Shown one piece after another: positions 38,784 through 52,310 of a stretch of 64,000 bases of DNA. The notes beneath the pieces were generated by a model that ran no database searches, had not been told where the DNA came from, and worked only from the letters and a program-made list of their open reading frames with translations. Both the position numbers and the translations under genes were made by a program. The DNA is from the human T2T-CHM13v2.0 reference genome, Homo sapiens: NCBI RefSeq assembly GCF_009914755.1, contig NC_060932.1; one strand, given 5' to 3'. Numbering within the stretch: the stretch's first letter is position 1; each line of letters begins with the position of its first letter.

Positions 38784-40181
38784 TACACCCACACCCAAGA
38801 AAAAGGACCATCTGTGGGGAAGAGACAGAGTTGTCTGCATAGTAATTGCCTGTCAGTAAGGATCCCTCTGTGCGGAGCCCATTCAACTTCCTCCAGTGCC
38901 TCCAGCGCCCTCCCAGGACCTCTGGCTGGGTACTTGGCTGATGGGATGACCATTTGTCCATTCACCTGCTGTATGGCACCTTGAGCCAGTGGGGTGTGGG
39001 GACTGGAGTGTGATGTGGTGACGTCAGTCCTCGGCACCCAGCACATTTTTGATTAAATCAGCAATGCACCCTGCCAACCCCTCGACCCCTCTGCTACCTT
39101 TGCCACACTCAGGTCTCCCTCCAGCCAGCCCATCAGGAAGCTTCCAGAACCTCCTGTTTTGTGGCTGCTTTCCCAGTTATCCACAGCCAGCCAGCCCCAA
39201 GCCGGGCAGAGTGGACTGGAGGAGACTAGCATCTGATTTAGGTTTCTCCATGGGTTCTCAGGGTCCAGGGATAGTCTCAGGACCCTGACCGTAACAGCAG
39301 GAGCAGGTCGTCTACTTGTCAGCAGGTTTTGACAGCAGCAGGCAGGGCAGGCCCCATGATACTGGTTCTCCTATTTCTTCCCCACACGGACAAAAGGAAC
39401 ACAAAATTTTCCCCCAAACTTCTCTAGGACCTAAGGGTAACCCACGGGGGTCCCTCATCACCCACTCCCAGAAAGTAGCATCAGACTCTCTCCTTCCTTT
39501 GCCCACTCCCTCTATCACCGCCTCCACCAGGCCACACTGGGGAGAAAGAGTGGATGGGAGGGAAGAGGGAAGACTGAAGAGGAAGGAGGGGAAGGGGAAG
39601 CTGTGTGTGATTCTTGTGTGAACCGAGAGACACCGACCACAGCCCACACCCACCATAGGGCCCCACTTTGGGTCCCAGGATCCATCTCAAGCCATGGGGG
39701 CAGTTCTCACCAGTCTCAGTTCCTCTTGGTGAGGGGATGGTCAAGAATGGCACAGGTCATCGGCCTCAAGGGAAGCAGACAGCTCCCTCCCTCAGGCCAC
39801 CACCCTGGAGCTCTGGAAAAAGAATGGCCAGGACACCATCATCTCTTCCCAACTCCTCACCCCTGCACTTCCCAAGTTGTCACAAATCCAAATGCCTTCT
39901 GAAGGCTCTCGCTGAGTGCCAGGGAAGCAAAGAAAGAAACTACTCCCCACCCATTGTCTCCAAATAGGCAACAACAAATAGATGCAACATTCACATCTTC
40001 AAATTCAATCTGTCTAGGGGGTTCTCACTCTCCGGCCCTGCCTCCCTGGTCCAGGTGTGTGTGGTATGTGTACAGTCCAGGGGAACGCACGGCCCTGGGC
40101 TCAGACCCTGGCTGCTCCACTTAACAAATTCCTTCATCTTTCTGTGCCTCGGTGTTCTCATCTAAAAAAAAAAAAGGGATA

Positions 40182-40498
40182 GACTGGGCACAGTGACTCA
40201 CACTCATACTATCCCAATACTTTAGGAGGCCAGGGTGGCAGGATCAATTGAGATCAGGAGTTCAAGACCAGCCTGGGCAACATAACAAGACCTGGTCTCT
40301 ACAAAAAATAAAATATTATCCAGGTGTGGTGGCACAACCCTGTGGTCCCAGCTACTTAGGAGACTGGGGCAGGAGGATCGCCTGAGCTCAGGACTTGGAG
40401 GCTGGAGTGAGCTATGATCATACCACTACACTCCAGCCCAGGGAGTGATGCAAGGCCCTATCCCTAGAAAAAGTAATTAATTTTAAAAAATAAAAAAA
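40182..40498 (+). mobile_element. Alu SINE (AluJo-like) inserted in a MIR
   Basis: Diverged dimeric Alu with MIR sequence on both sides (about 40085-40170 and 40560-40660). Confidence 0.9.
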
Positions 40499-40499
40499 T

Positions 40500-40557
40500 G
40501 GAAATAATTGGAATAAATTGGAAATAATTGGAAACAATTGGAATAAATGGAATAAAA
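40500..40557. repeat. 10-bp tandem repeat (GGAAATAATT-like, about 5.5 copies)
   Basis: GAAATAATTG GAATAAATTG GAAATAATTG GAAACAATTG GAATAAATGG. Confidence 0.85.
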
Positions 40558-40814
40558 AAAATTGTATTTGCTTTGTAGGATTGTTTTGTGGACCAGCAAG
40601 TTCATATTTTTGAAGTGCTTAGAACAGTGTCCGATACATGGTAAATAAACCCTGTGAGTGAGCTCTCATCCTCCTCATCACTATTACTGTTTGTTACTGG
40701 CTTCCTTAAAAACAACCTTTTTCTTCCCTTCCTCCAAACTGAGCTTACTCACTCCTTCATCTACCAAGGAATCTGTTCTCAGAATCCAAATTCTTTCTCC
40801 AAACTCAAATATGA

Positions 40815-41293
<479 letters not shown>

Positions 41294-41670
41294 AGAAAAT
41301 TCTTTTACTTACAATAAGCCATTAATCCTTGGTGGGGGCTGGGAAAGAGAAGCAGTTTGCCCCAGCCCTTTCCCTTCCCACTTACAGCTTGTCAATGGCA
41401 GAGCTGAAGTTGGACTCCTAGCCTATCTGACCGTAAATTCAGGATTCTCCCAGAACTTTACCTGCCCCCGGTGAGACACACACCTGAGAAGTAACGCTGG
41501 GCAGAGAGGAGAAGCCGTGTTCAGGACCCTTCTATTCCTCACATTTAGTGGTCTCTAGAACTGTTCATCTGAAATTTTTGGTTATTCCTAACTAAAAAGT
41601 GGTGGTGGGGATGAAGGTCAACATGGGAAAATGTTTGTGATACATCATTGACTTAAAAATAGGTTATAGG

Positions 41671-42140
<470 letters not shown>

Positions 42141-42631
42141 ACTTATAAAGTATTATGTGCAACAGGGTTTCATTTTTCTGAAAATACACACATTTAAAGA
42201 AGAGGCTAGAAGGATAGACCTTCAGCTTTGACAGTGGTAAAATTCATGTTTTTTATTCTCTTGTTTATCTGTACTTTCTAAATTTTCCACAAAATGCATT
42301 ATTGGATTTTTAATGTAGGAAAATTATGAGACCTGGGGACAATGGACTCAGATGTCCAAATGTTCTGACGTTTACCGGAGGCTTCAGGGCTTAGAGCTTT
42401 CTGCTTACTGAGGAGAAATGACAAACAATGGGCTCTCCCTGTTTGGGACCCTAAGCCCACAGGCCGATGGCAGCCCCTGCATTTCCAGGAAAGCCTTGGT
42501 TCCTCCTCAGACTCAGAGTGGGGCAGCCAGGAATGGGCACCACCAGCCCCACTGGGGAGAGAAAGTGCTGTCACCTGCGTTGCCATCACCAATGTGGGGC
42601 TCCTTCGGGGCCTCGCCAGCACTTGCACACT

Positions 42632-43205
42632 TTATTTAATTTTTTTTAATTTCCATAGATTTGGGGGGAACAGGTGGTATTTGGTTACATGAGTAAGTTC
42701 TTTAGTGGGGATTTGTGAGATTTTGGTGCACCCATCACCCAAGCAGTGTACGCTGAACCCAATTTGTAGCTTTTTATCCCTCACCCCTTTCCCACCCTTT
42801 CCCCCTGAGTCCCCAAAGTCCATTGTATCATTCTTATGCCTTTACATCCTCACAGCTTAGCTCCACTTATGAGTGAGAACATATGATGTTTGCTTTTCCA
42901 TTCCTGAGTTACTTCACTTAGAATAATAGTCTCCAATCTTAAATCACTTGAACCTGGGAGGCGGAGGTTGGAGTGAGCCAAGATCGTGCCACTGCACTCC
43001 AGCCTGGGTGACAGAGGAAGACTCCATCTCAAAAACAAAGCAAAAAAAGAGAATAGTAGTCTTCAATCTCATCGTGGTTGCTGCGAATGCCATTAATTCA
43101 TTCCTTTTTATGACTGAGTAGTATTCCATTATATATATTATATACACAACAGTTTCTTTATACACTCATTGATTGATGGGCTGGTTCTATATTTTTGCAA
43201 TTGCA
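42632..43205 (-). mobile_element. L1PB-like 3' end, interrupted by an Alu fragment
   Basis: GGAACAGGTGGTATTTGGTTACATGAGTAAGTTCTTTAGTGG is an L1PB1-like 3'UTR. Confidence 0.9.
42942..43049 (+). mobile_element. 5'-truncated Alu with a 19-bp degenerate TSD
   Basis: GAATAATAGTCTCCAATCT (42921-42939) and GAATAGTAGTCTTCAATCT (43051-43069). Confidence 0.9.
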
Positions 43206-43584
43206 CTTATGCATTTTAATCATTTAATCCACACCACAGCCTCAAGGTAAGTGGGACAGTTAATCCTTTTCTCCATCCCACAAATCAGGAAACTGAGACC
43301 CAGAGAGGCGAGGGGATTTGCTCAAGATCCCACAACAGTCAGAACCAGGGATCCACAGAGCCTGGCTTCCTGGCATTCAGTTTACCGCACACACAGCAGG
43401 TCCCATCGGCCCTGGGATGGCGCAGGATTTATGGTGGGCATGTTGAGAAGCCACACCAGCCCTCTTGTTTCCCAAATATCTCCCTCGGGTCTTTCCAGGG
43501 AGTGTCCCGATCCTGCCTGGCCTCAGAACTTCCTGACCAGAACCACTCCTGAGCCAGGTGACTGCAGAAGGGCCCGGGTAGGTT

Positions 43585-44170
43585 CACTGGCTAATGCAAC
43601 TGTGACAAGAGACCACATGCTGGGTGGATTAAATGACAGTGAAGGATTGTCCCACAGTTCTGGAGGCTTGAAGTCTGAGATCAAGGTGTCAGCAGGGTTG
43701 GCTCCTACTGAGGGCTCTGGGGAAGGATCTGTTCCAGGCCTCGCTCCTTGGATGGTAGGCGACCATGACTTGGTGGGTAGGTGACCATGGCTTGGCGGGT
43801 AGGTGGCCATGGCTTGGCAGGTAGGTGGCCATGGCTTGGATGGTAGGTGACGGTGGCTTGGATGGTAGATGACTGTGGCTTGGTGATAGGTGACCATGGC
43901 TTGGATGGTAGGTGACCATGGCGTGGTGGTAGGTGGCCATCTCTTCCCTGTGTCTTCACATGGTCATCGCTCTGTGCCTGTCTGTGTCCTAATTTCCTCT
44001 TCTTATAAGGACACCAGTCATATTGGATTAGGCCCCACCCTAGTGACCTCACTTTAATTTAATTACCCCATTAAAGACCCTATCTACAAAGATAATTACA
44101 TTCTGAAGTACTGGCAGGTTTAGGACTTCACTATTTGAATTTGTGGGGGAGACACAAGTCAACCCTTAGC
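43585..44170 (-). mobile_element. MLT1 (MaLR) LTR, MLT1B/C-like
   Basis: CACAGTTCTGGAGGCTTGAAGTCTGAGATCAAGGTGTCAGCAGGGTTGG...CTTCTTATAAGGACACCAGTCATATTGGATTAGG. Confidence 0.88.
43748..43940. repeat. 22-bp minisatellite (about 8.8 copies) inside the MLT1 LTR
   Basis: Consensus TTGGATGGTAGGTGACCATGGC; seven 22-mers, one 21-mer and one partial unit total 193 bp. Confidence 0.92.
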
Positions 44171-45620
44171 AGGTAAAACCCCCTTTACCTGGAAGAGTTC
44201 CCCAAATCTCTCCTGCTGGCACTCCAGCAGGAATTGGATGTCCACCTATCCTGGTGACCTGAGTCCTGAGAAGGGTGGGAAGACAAGGAACAACAGGGGA
44301 AAAAGCTGGCAGCGACAAGTCCTGGGATTTGGGGCAGGAGTTACAACAGGAGGGAGCTGGAATGATGGGTGCCAGCAAGGGCAGGTCCCCAACAAGCTAG
44401 TGTGAGACAAGGAGGCTGGCCCAGGGCCCAGATGGCCCACAGGTCTATGGAGACTGTCATTCCACTGGCAAGGGAGGCAGGTGCACCATAAAATATTTTT
44501 ACCTGTAAAGAAGGATTATTATAGGATAATTGCTTTCCTAGCAAGAAGAAGCAAAAATCAGAAAGCTCTGGGACTTTGGACTAGTCACTTCCATATCAGT
44601 AAATGAAGATTAGCCAGATGGCTTCCACCTTCCCCTCCAGCACTGATGTTTTCAAATTCTAAGACAGTGAATCTTTCTCCAAATTTCGCTAGAACTGATA
44701 AGATTTCATCTGGGCCTGGCACGTAGTAGATGCTCAGATACATCCAGCTTCCTCCCTCCAGCTGCTGCCTTCCACTCTATGGCTATCATCAACTCCCAAT
44801 TCCTCCTTTTGGGTTAAAACAAGAAAGAGGAAGAAGAGGTAGCATCATTAGATGCTGGGTGTACAACGCCCTTGGAAAGAATGCCCCAGAAACCAATGAC
44901 AACAGCTGCCTCTGAGAAGGAGGAGCACAATAGTGAGGGGTCAGAACTGAGAGCAATTTTCATCTTCACTGCATATTTCTTTATACCTTTTGCTTTTTAA
45001 ACCACTTGGATGTACTACCTATTAAATTAATTTTACAAGGTTGCAAAAGAATGGGATAACCAGTGCACACAGAGCCCTGAGTTTGTGATGGTTCCTGGCT
45101 CCCAGTCATCTCCAGCCCACCCTCGTCAGTGAGTCGGTCCTTCATCTTCATCCTCGTGTTGGTGATGCTACTGAGCTGCTGACCCCACATGGTACCAAGT
45201 AACCCCTACGCAAATCCTATGACCTTCACACCAACCTTAGAGCTAGGGAATAGTGTTGTCCCCCTGTTAGAGGGGAGAAAACTGAGGAGCTCAAAAGACA
45301 AGAAACTACCTAAAGATCCCACCAGGTGTGTCCAGCTCCTGAAGCTACACTCTGGGCCATTAGTTCTTGCCACTCCAACCCCTTCTGCTCCACATCCACT
45401 CCGAATGTGCATGTCCTGGCCCCTCAGTATAGACCAAGGATGTAGAGAAAAGAGTTTGTGTCATTTATTTTTATATTCTCCAACTCTCCCCTTTCTCCAC
45501 CCCACCAAAAAAATAATAATAGTAGCTTTCCTAGCCCTGAACAAAAATGAGCATTTGTTCAATATTTGCTGGATTGAATTAAACTTATCAAAAACAGAGT
45601 CCCCTTCCAGACCACAGCCT

Positions 45621-45650
45621 TCATCGTCATCATCATCATCATCATCATCA
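45621..45650. repeat. (TCA)n microsatellite
   Basis: Direct reading. Confidence 0.9.
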
Positions 45651-47444
45651 GCAAATGTTTCATGAGGCATCTACATTGTGCTAGCATCTGGAGAAGACTT
45701 ATAGATGCTTAAGCCTGGCAGATCTAGAAAGAGCTTCTAGATAATACTTCAGGGTAGGGCAGATTATGGAGCACCTCTAGAAATGTTTGCAAAACTGCCT
45801 TTTCCCTCCTCCTATCCCACACACACCCATGCACACTCATAAAATATTCTCAGTTGAGATAAGATGTTTCAGCCATAAATCCATCATGGTGGGGCAGGAG
45901 GTTTCATTTAGCAAGTACAGAGCTGCATTGCAAAGCAGTTATCAATTCAAGGAGGAAAGGTGCTCAGCTCGCCTATCTCCTCATCTCCCAGCTCTGGCGG
46001 AGACACCTGTCAGAAGGAGAGGCAGCAGCTGCCTTTCAGGTCTGACATCTCTGAGGCCTGGCTGGGATGGGGCTGGCCCCTGGGGCTGGGCAGGGTGCTT
46101 CCAGACAAAACTAGGACTGGGTGACCTCCTCAGATGGGAGCAGGGCATGGCTTTCAGAAGTAACCCCCCACCAAAAGCAGGGAATTCTCCTTCATCCCCT
46201 TGATCCTTAAGAGAAGGGGCTCGTCCTGCCCTGTAAACCAGAAAATTGGTCCTAAAGTTTGAGATCAGAAGCATTTTGCCGCTGGAGCTTTCTCAGAGAA
46301 GGGAGGTCAGTATTCCAATGCCATAGATAATAGTCAGAGAGTCATTCTCATGGGAACTAAGCTTTGCCTATCACTGTTAAGTTTACAAAACACCTGCTAT
46401 GCACCATCTCATTAGCTATTATTTCACAATGATCCAGTGAGGTCAGCAGGGCAAATGCTCTATACCCTTATGTTCACTTGAGTCACAATGAGATAAACTG
46501 ACTTGTTCAAGATCACACAATTTGTTAATGACGTATATTAGGTTGGATCATCTGAGGCTGCCTATAAAGATGGACAACCCCGGTCTTCTCCCTTTGACTT
46601 CAGAGGGCAAAGAGAAGGCTTGATTTGTGCCTTGGCTGGCAAAGCCCCCCAGTGGGGTAGGAGTCACTCTGTCCACAGTGACCACACACAGCTTTCAAAT
46701 CCATAGGTCCCTTCATGGCTTTGGAGGAGGGGGAAAAACTGCACCTTAGACCTTCTTTATTCTCCATTCCTTTCTGTCCTCCAGGACCAATGGGGTAGGT
46801 CAGCCCCAGTGAACTCTCAAATGACCACTGAAGGAGGAAGTGAGTGCAGAGTGTGATACCACTCACATCCCAGCCCAGACTGTTTGCTCAGCTGGGAGGA
46901 GTGTTGCAATTCTTCTTCCTGCAGAGATAACACCCCTTCTCATGGCTTCAGGCATCACCTATCTCCTCTAGGCTGCGCTCCTACTTGTCCATCTCTGCTT
47001 TGACCTTGTTTCCAGGCTCCAGGAAGGACATTTGCATGTAGCTGCCTTGCCCCATTGCAGTCTACAAGCCTGAAGTCGGGGCTGTTCATTCCATTCCCCT
47101 TAGGCCCCCACTTCCTCTCACTTTCTCTCTCCCCAAGCTGGAAACCTCAGATCATTTCTAAATTCTTTCTTCCCCTTTGCATTTCAATGAACAGAAGTTC
47201 CATCAATACATTTTATCACTGTTCAGTCTCATCACATTCCATGCTTAAGGCTCAAAGAGACCTATAGAAACAGCACTGTTGCTCACTCAATGGGCAAAGG
47301 CAGGGAGGCCCAGCCCATTTGCAGTGGGATTCTCTTCCTCTCCCGCCTCTGTGGCCCTGACTCTAGACTTGGGCTCCAAGATGTTGGAATGGTGTCTCTC
47401 CCCCTCACTACCCTGCACATAGCACAGTGCCCTGGTAAACATGA

Positions 47445-47802
<358 letters not shown>

Positions 47803-48233
47803 AGGAATTTAGAGTTCTTAATACTAGTCTGGCTTCTAGCATTCTCGAGCAATGGGGAAAGAAACCAGAAAACACACAGAAGGGACAGGTGTTTGGTTTA
47901 GGGACCACCTTCACTCTAGCCGGCCGCATTCCATTTTTAAACCTATCTGCTGGTATTCCATTTTTAAATGAGTCTGACTCCATCCGTCTACTCAGCCTTA
48001 CTCCCTGACAGCTTCTGACAAACTTGCTCTGACTTATGGACACATAGATCTGGGTCCAGTGCAGTTTAACTCTGGAAGCAGTGCCCGCCCTCATTGCCCG
48101 AGCGAGTAGGCAAGTGGCAGGGTCTTGGGGATGAGAATCACAAGCCCTGCCTTGCCTCTCTTCTCACCAGTGCTGGAAATGCCATTGACAGGGAACAATC
48201 TATACAATGGGATGAGACCTCAAAAGCAAATGC

Positions 48234-48530
<297 letters not shown>

Positions 48531-49689
48531 CAAATGCACCTGGGAGAACTAAATGTTGGCTTAAATTCATGCTAAGGTGTAAATGACTGCTAGCAGTGCT
48601 TTCCTGAACGCTGACTGATGATAAAGGAGGAGAAGGTGCACCCAGAGTTGATGCAGTCAACATGCTTTGGTGGACAGAGCACTGGGCCAAGTCTGGCGAT
48701 GGGAGATCTAGTCTCCACTCTGCCTGTCATTTATCTGATGATTTTTAGGAAAGTTATTCTACCTCTTCGAGCCTCGATTTACAAATCTACAGCAGGGGAC
48801 AATTCAGCTAGGTAATCTCTAAGGTCTTTTCAGATCTGGCAAATTGTGATTTGGCTGTTGCCTCTAGCCTACCCCCATTTGTCTTCTTAACCTCGCACTG
48901 TGCAGGTAACATGATCACACCTGTGCCGAAAACTCCTGTTGTTCAGACCAGAGTCAAACAATGCCTCCCAGGCAGATTTAGAAACCAAGGTCATCAAAAC
49001 CCTGAGGAATACAGAAAGAGACAGAAGACCAAATTTCAATATAGTCAACGATCCTTTGGAATCACGGGGGTAGAGCTCCGTTAGACATGACATAAGACCC
49101 TGTGGTCACACATATGAAATTACAATCATCCCTCAGATTTGTGGAGTGAGTTACCATGAGCCATCCCCTTTCCTATCCCTTTTCTAATTTGATCTTCCCT
49201 AAAACTGTGGGAAGCAGACAGGGCAAGATGTTTCACCCCCATTTCACAGATTTAGAAATTGAGTCTCAGATGGAAGAATCATAGCAAGTGAGTGGCAGCC
49301 AAGCCTCCAATTCAGATCAAGTGAGGAGTCCTCATGTCCCAGGCCCCCATCACCCACTGCCACTTCCTTTCTTATTTTCCACCTGTGTTTCGAGATACGA
49401 AAGTGAGGGAGAAAAAGGCAGAGGGAGGCATCTCTGCCGGAAAATCTGGGTGAGCGGCGAAGTCCACAGAGGCTCAGTCGCTCCTGTCAGCTCTCTCTCC
49501 TCTCTCCTTCTCGCTGCCTGCAGCCAGAAACCTCAGACCACAACCTTCTTACTGCAGCCTCCCGCCTGGGACAGCGCCTTGTCCCCATGCCCCGTGAGGC
49601 CAGCTTGCTGCAGCAAGCCTCACCATGGTTAGCTCTCCTTTGCCCCTTCCCCTTCAGCTCTGCCCCGCCAAGGCCAGGCCTACTCTGGG

Positions 49690-50160
49690 ATCATTATGAA
49701 GCAGGTGACCTCCGCTCATGACTAATTGTGCAAGTAGGGCAGAGGTAACAACAATCCCAGGAAAGGGGGTGGAGGCAGGGAGAGAGAGAAAAATAAGAGA
49801 GAGACAGACAGACAGACAGAAAAAGTACTGCTTTAATAAGAGGGTAATTGCCCTGTTTAGGATTACAATCTGCCAGCATTTCACTAAACTTTATGACACA
49901 TGATGACAAGTTAATAAGCCAGATGCCTCACTATGTGCCTTAAGCAGATGCTCCATGGGTTACCTCCCATGCCTCCTCGTGCAGGGAGGTAACCCCTGCA
50001 GCCAGAAAAACACACAGGGCCAGCCAAAATAAAAAAAAATCCCCAGGAAGGTGTGGGAGAAGAGAGCCGAAAAGGTGGGGAAACTGGTTATTTCTGTTGT
50101 CAAAATGGCCCCAGCAATAAATCACCATTAATAATACTGTCATCTATCAAAGAGGAGCTC
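49690..50160. promoter_or_regulatory. Candidate developmental enhancer (PBX-HOX plus MEIS motifs)
   Basis: TGATTTATTG on minus (ATAAATCA 50117-50124) flanked by TGTCA motifs; TAATTG, TTTATGAC and TGACA; repeat-free. Confidence 0.4.
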
Positions 50161-50373
50161 TGGTTGCCAAGGCCTTTGAAGTGGCAGCACCTATAATTTC
50201 CCACCTATAAAAGGTACCTTTGTGCATATGTCATGCTGGAAGATGACAAGAGCAAGACACCAAGGAGTTCACACCGTCTCCACGCCCCTCCCAATGGCGA
50301 GCCCTTGGAGTGCCAAGCCATGCCCACTCCCTCCTTCACCCGGGATGGCCCAGGGCCTGCCTGACTTCATTCA

Positions 50374-50902
<529 letters not shown>

Positions 50903-51269
50903 TCACCAGGGAGTCTCCCCAGGTGCCCCTGCTAGGGATCGGGAAATTACGGGGGGCATGGGATGTGAGGACGCCTCACTTGACCTGAGTTGGAGGCTTG
51001 ACTGCCTCTCACTTGCTGTGATTCTTCCATCTGAGACTCAGTTTCTTAATCTGGAAAATGGGGATGAAAATTCTTGCCCTGTCTACTTCACACAGTTCCA
51101 CAGAGGAGCAAATTAGATAAGGGATGAGAAAGGGGAAACTAGATGGTCATAGAATCTGCATCTTGATCCAGCTCCCCAGGAAGTGAGTTTCACACACACG
51201 AAGGTTTAAGAAGCGCTGGCCGTGGTCCCTTCCCCTCTGCCAAACCAGGAGTATGAACGCTTAGAAAGG

Positions 51270-51625
51270 CGGCTAGGGCTGCCTCACCAGAAATTGATGG
51301 CCTCTGGGTTTTGGAGGCTGGAAGGCCAAGACCAAGACCAAGGTATTGACAGGATTGGTTCCTTCACAGGCCCCGTCTGTGGCTTGCAGGTGACTGTCTT
51401 CTCCCCGCTTCTTCACAGGGGCTCCCCTCTGCACGTGTCTGTGTCCACGTTGCCCCTTATCCAACAAGGACACATTTCTATTGGACTAGGGCCCACCCTA
51501 GTGACCTCATTTTAACCTAATTACCTCTTTAGAGACCCTATCTCCAAATACAGTCACAGTCTAAGGTACTGGGGTTATGAGTTCAACATATAAACTTTGA
51601 GGGGGACAGAATTCAGCCCCTAACA
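51270..51625 (-). mobile_element. MLT1 (MaLR) LTR, MLT1A/B-like
   Basis: TTTTGGAGGCTGGAAGGCCAAGACCAAG...GGGCCCACCCTAGTGACCTCATTTTAACCTAATTACCTC...ATTCAGCCCCTAACA. Confidence 0.85.
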
Positions 51626-51814
51626 GGCCTTAAAGCTCAGCCCAGGATGAGCCCTGGCCAGACAGAAAAAAGGCCCTAAAAGCCACTTAAGCTACTGGCA
51701 ACATCTGAAACTCTCATTTCCTGATCCTGGGATAAATCTTCTTCTGAATTAACTGAGCCCAGCCCTCTATTCCCCCACTGCACTTCATGGGTGATTTGTC
51801 TGTAGATTTAAAAT

Positions 51815-52106
<292 letters not shown>

Positions 52107-52124
52107 TAGATTTAAAATAGAGGT

Positions 52125-52310
52125 GCCGGGCTCAGTGGTTCATGCCTGTAATCCCAGCACTGTGGGAGGCTGAGGCAGGAGGATTGCTTGAGGCCAGGAG
52201 TTTAAGACCAGCCTGAGCAACATAGTGAGACCCCATCTCTACAAAAAAAAAAAAAAAAAATTAATTAGCAAGTGTGGTGGCATGCACCTACAAAAATAAA
52301 GAAGTAAAAT
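52125..52310 (+). mobile_element. Alu left arm / truncated AluJ
   Basis: GCCGGGCTCAGTGGTTCATGCC...CCCCATCTCTACAAAA, then a short right-arm stub. Confidence 0.88.

Noticed and set aside
43748-43940. CRISPR-like appearance of the 22-bp repeats
   Set aside because: Units are head-to-tail with no unique spacers, the context is eukaryotic and there are no cas genes; it is a minisatellite
49569-49578. GGACAGCGCC, a REST/RE1 right half-site
   Set aside because: No matching TTCAGCACC left half at a plausible spacing; a half-site alone is weak evidence
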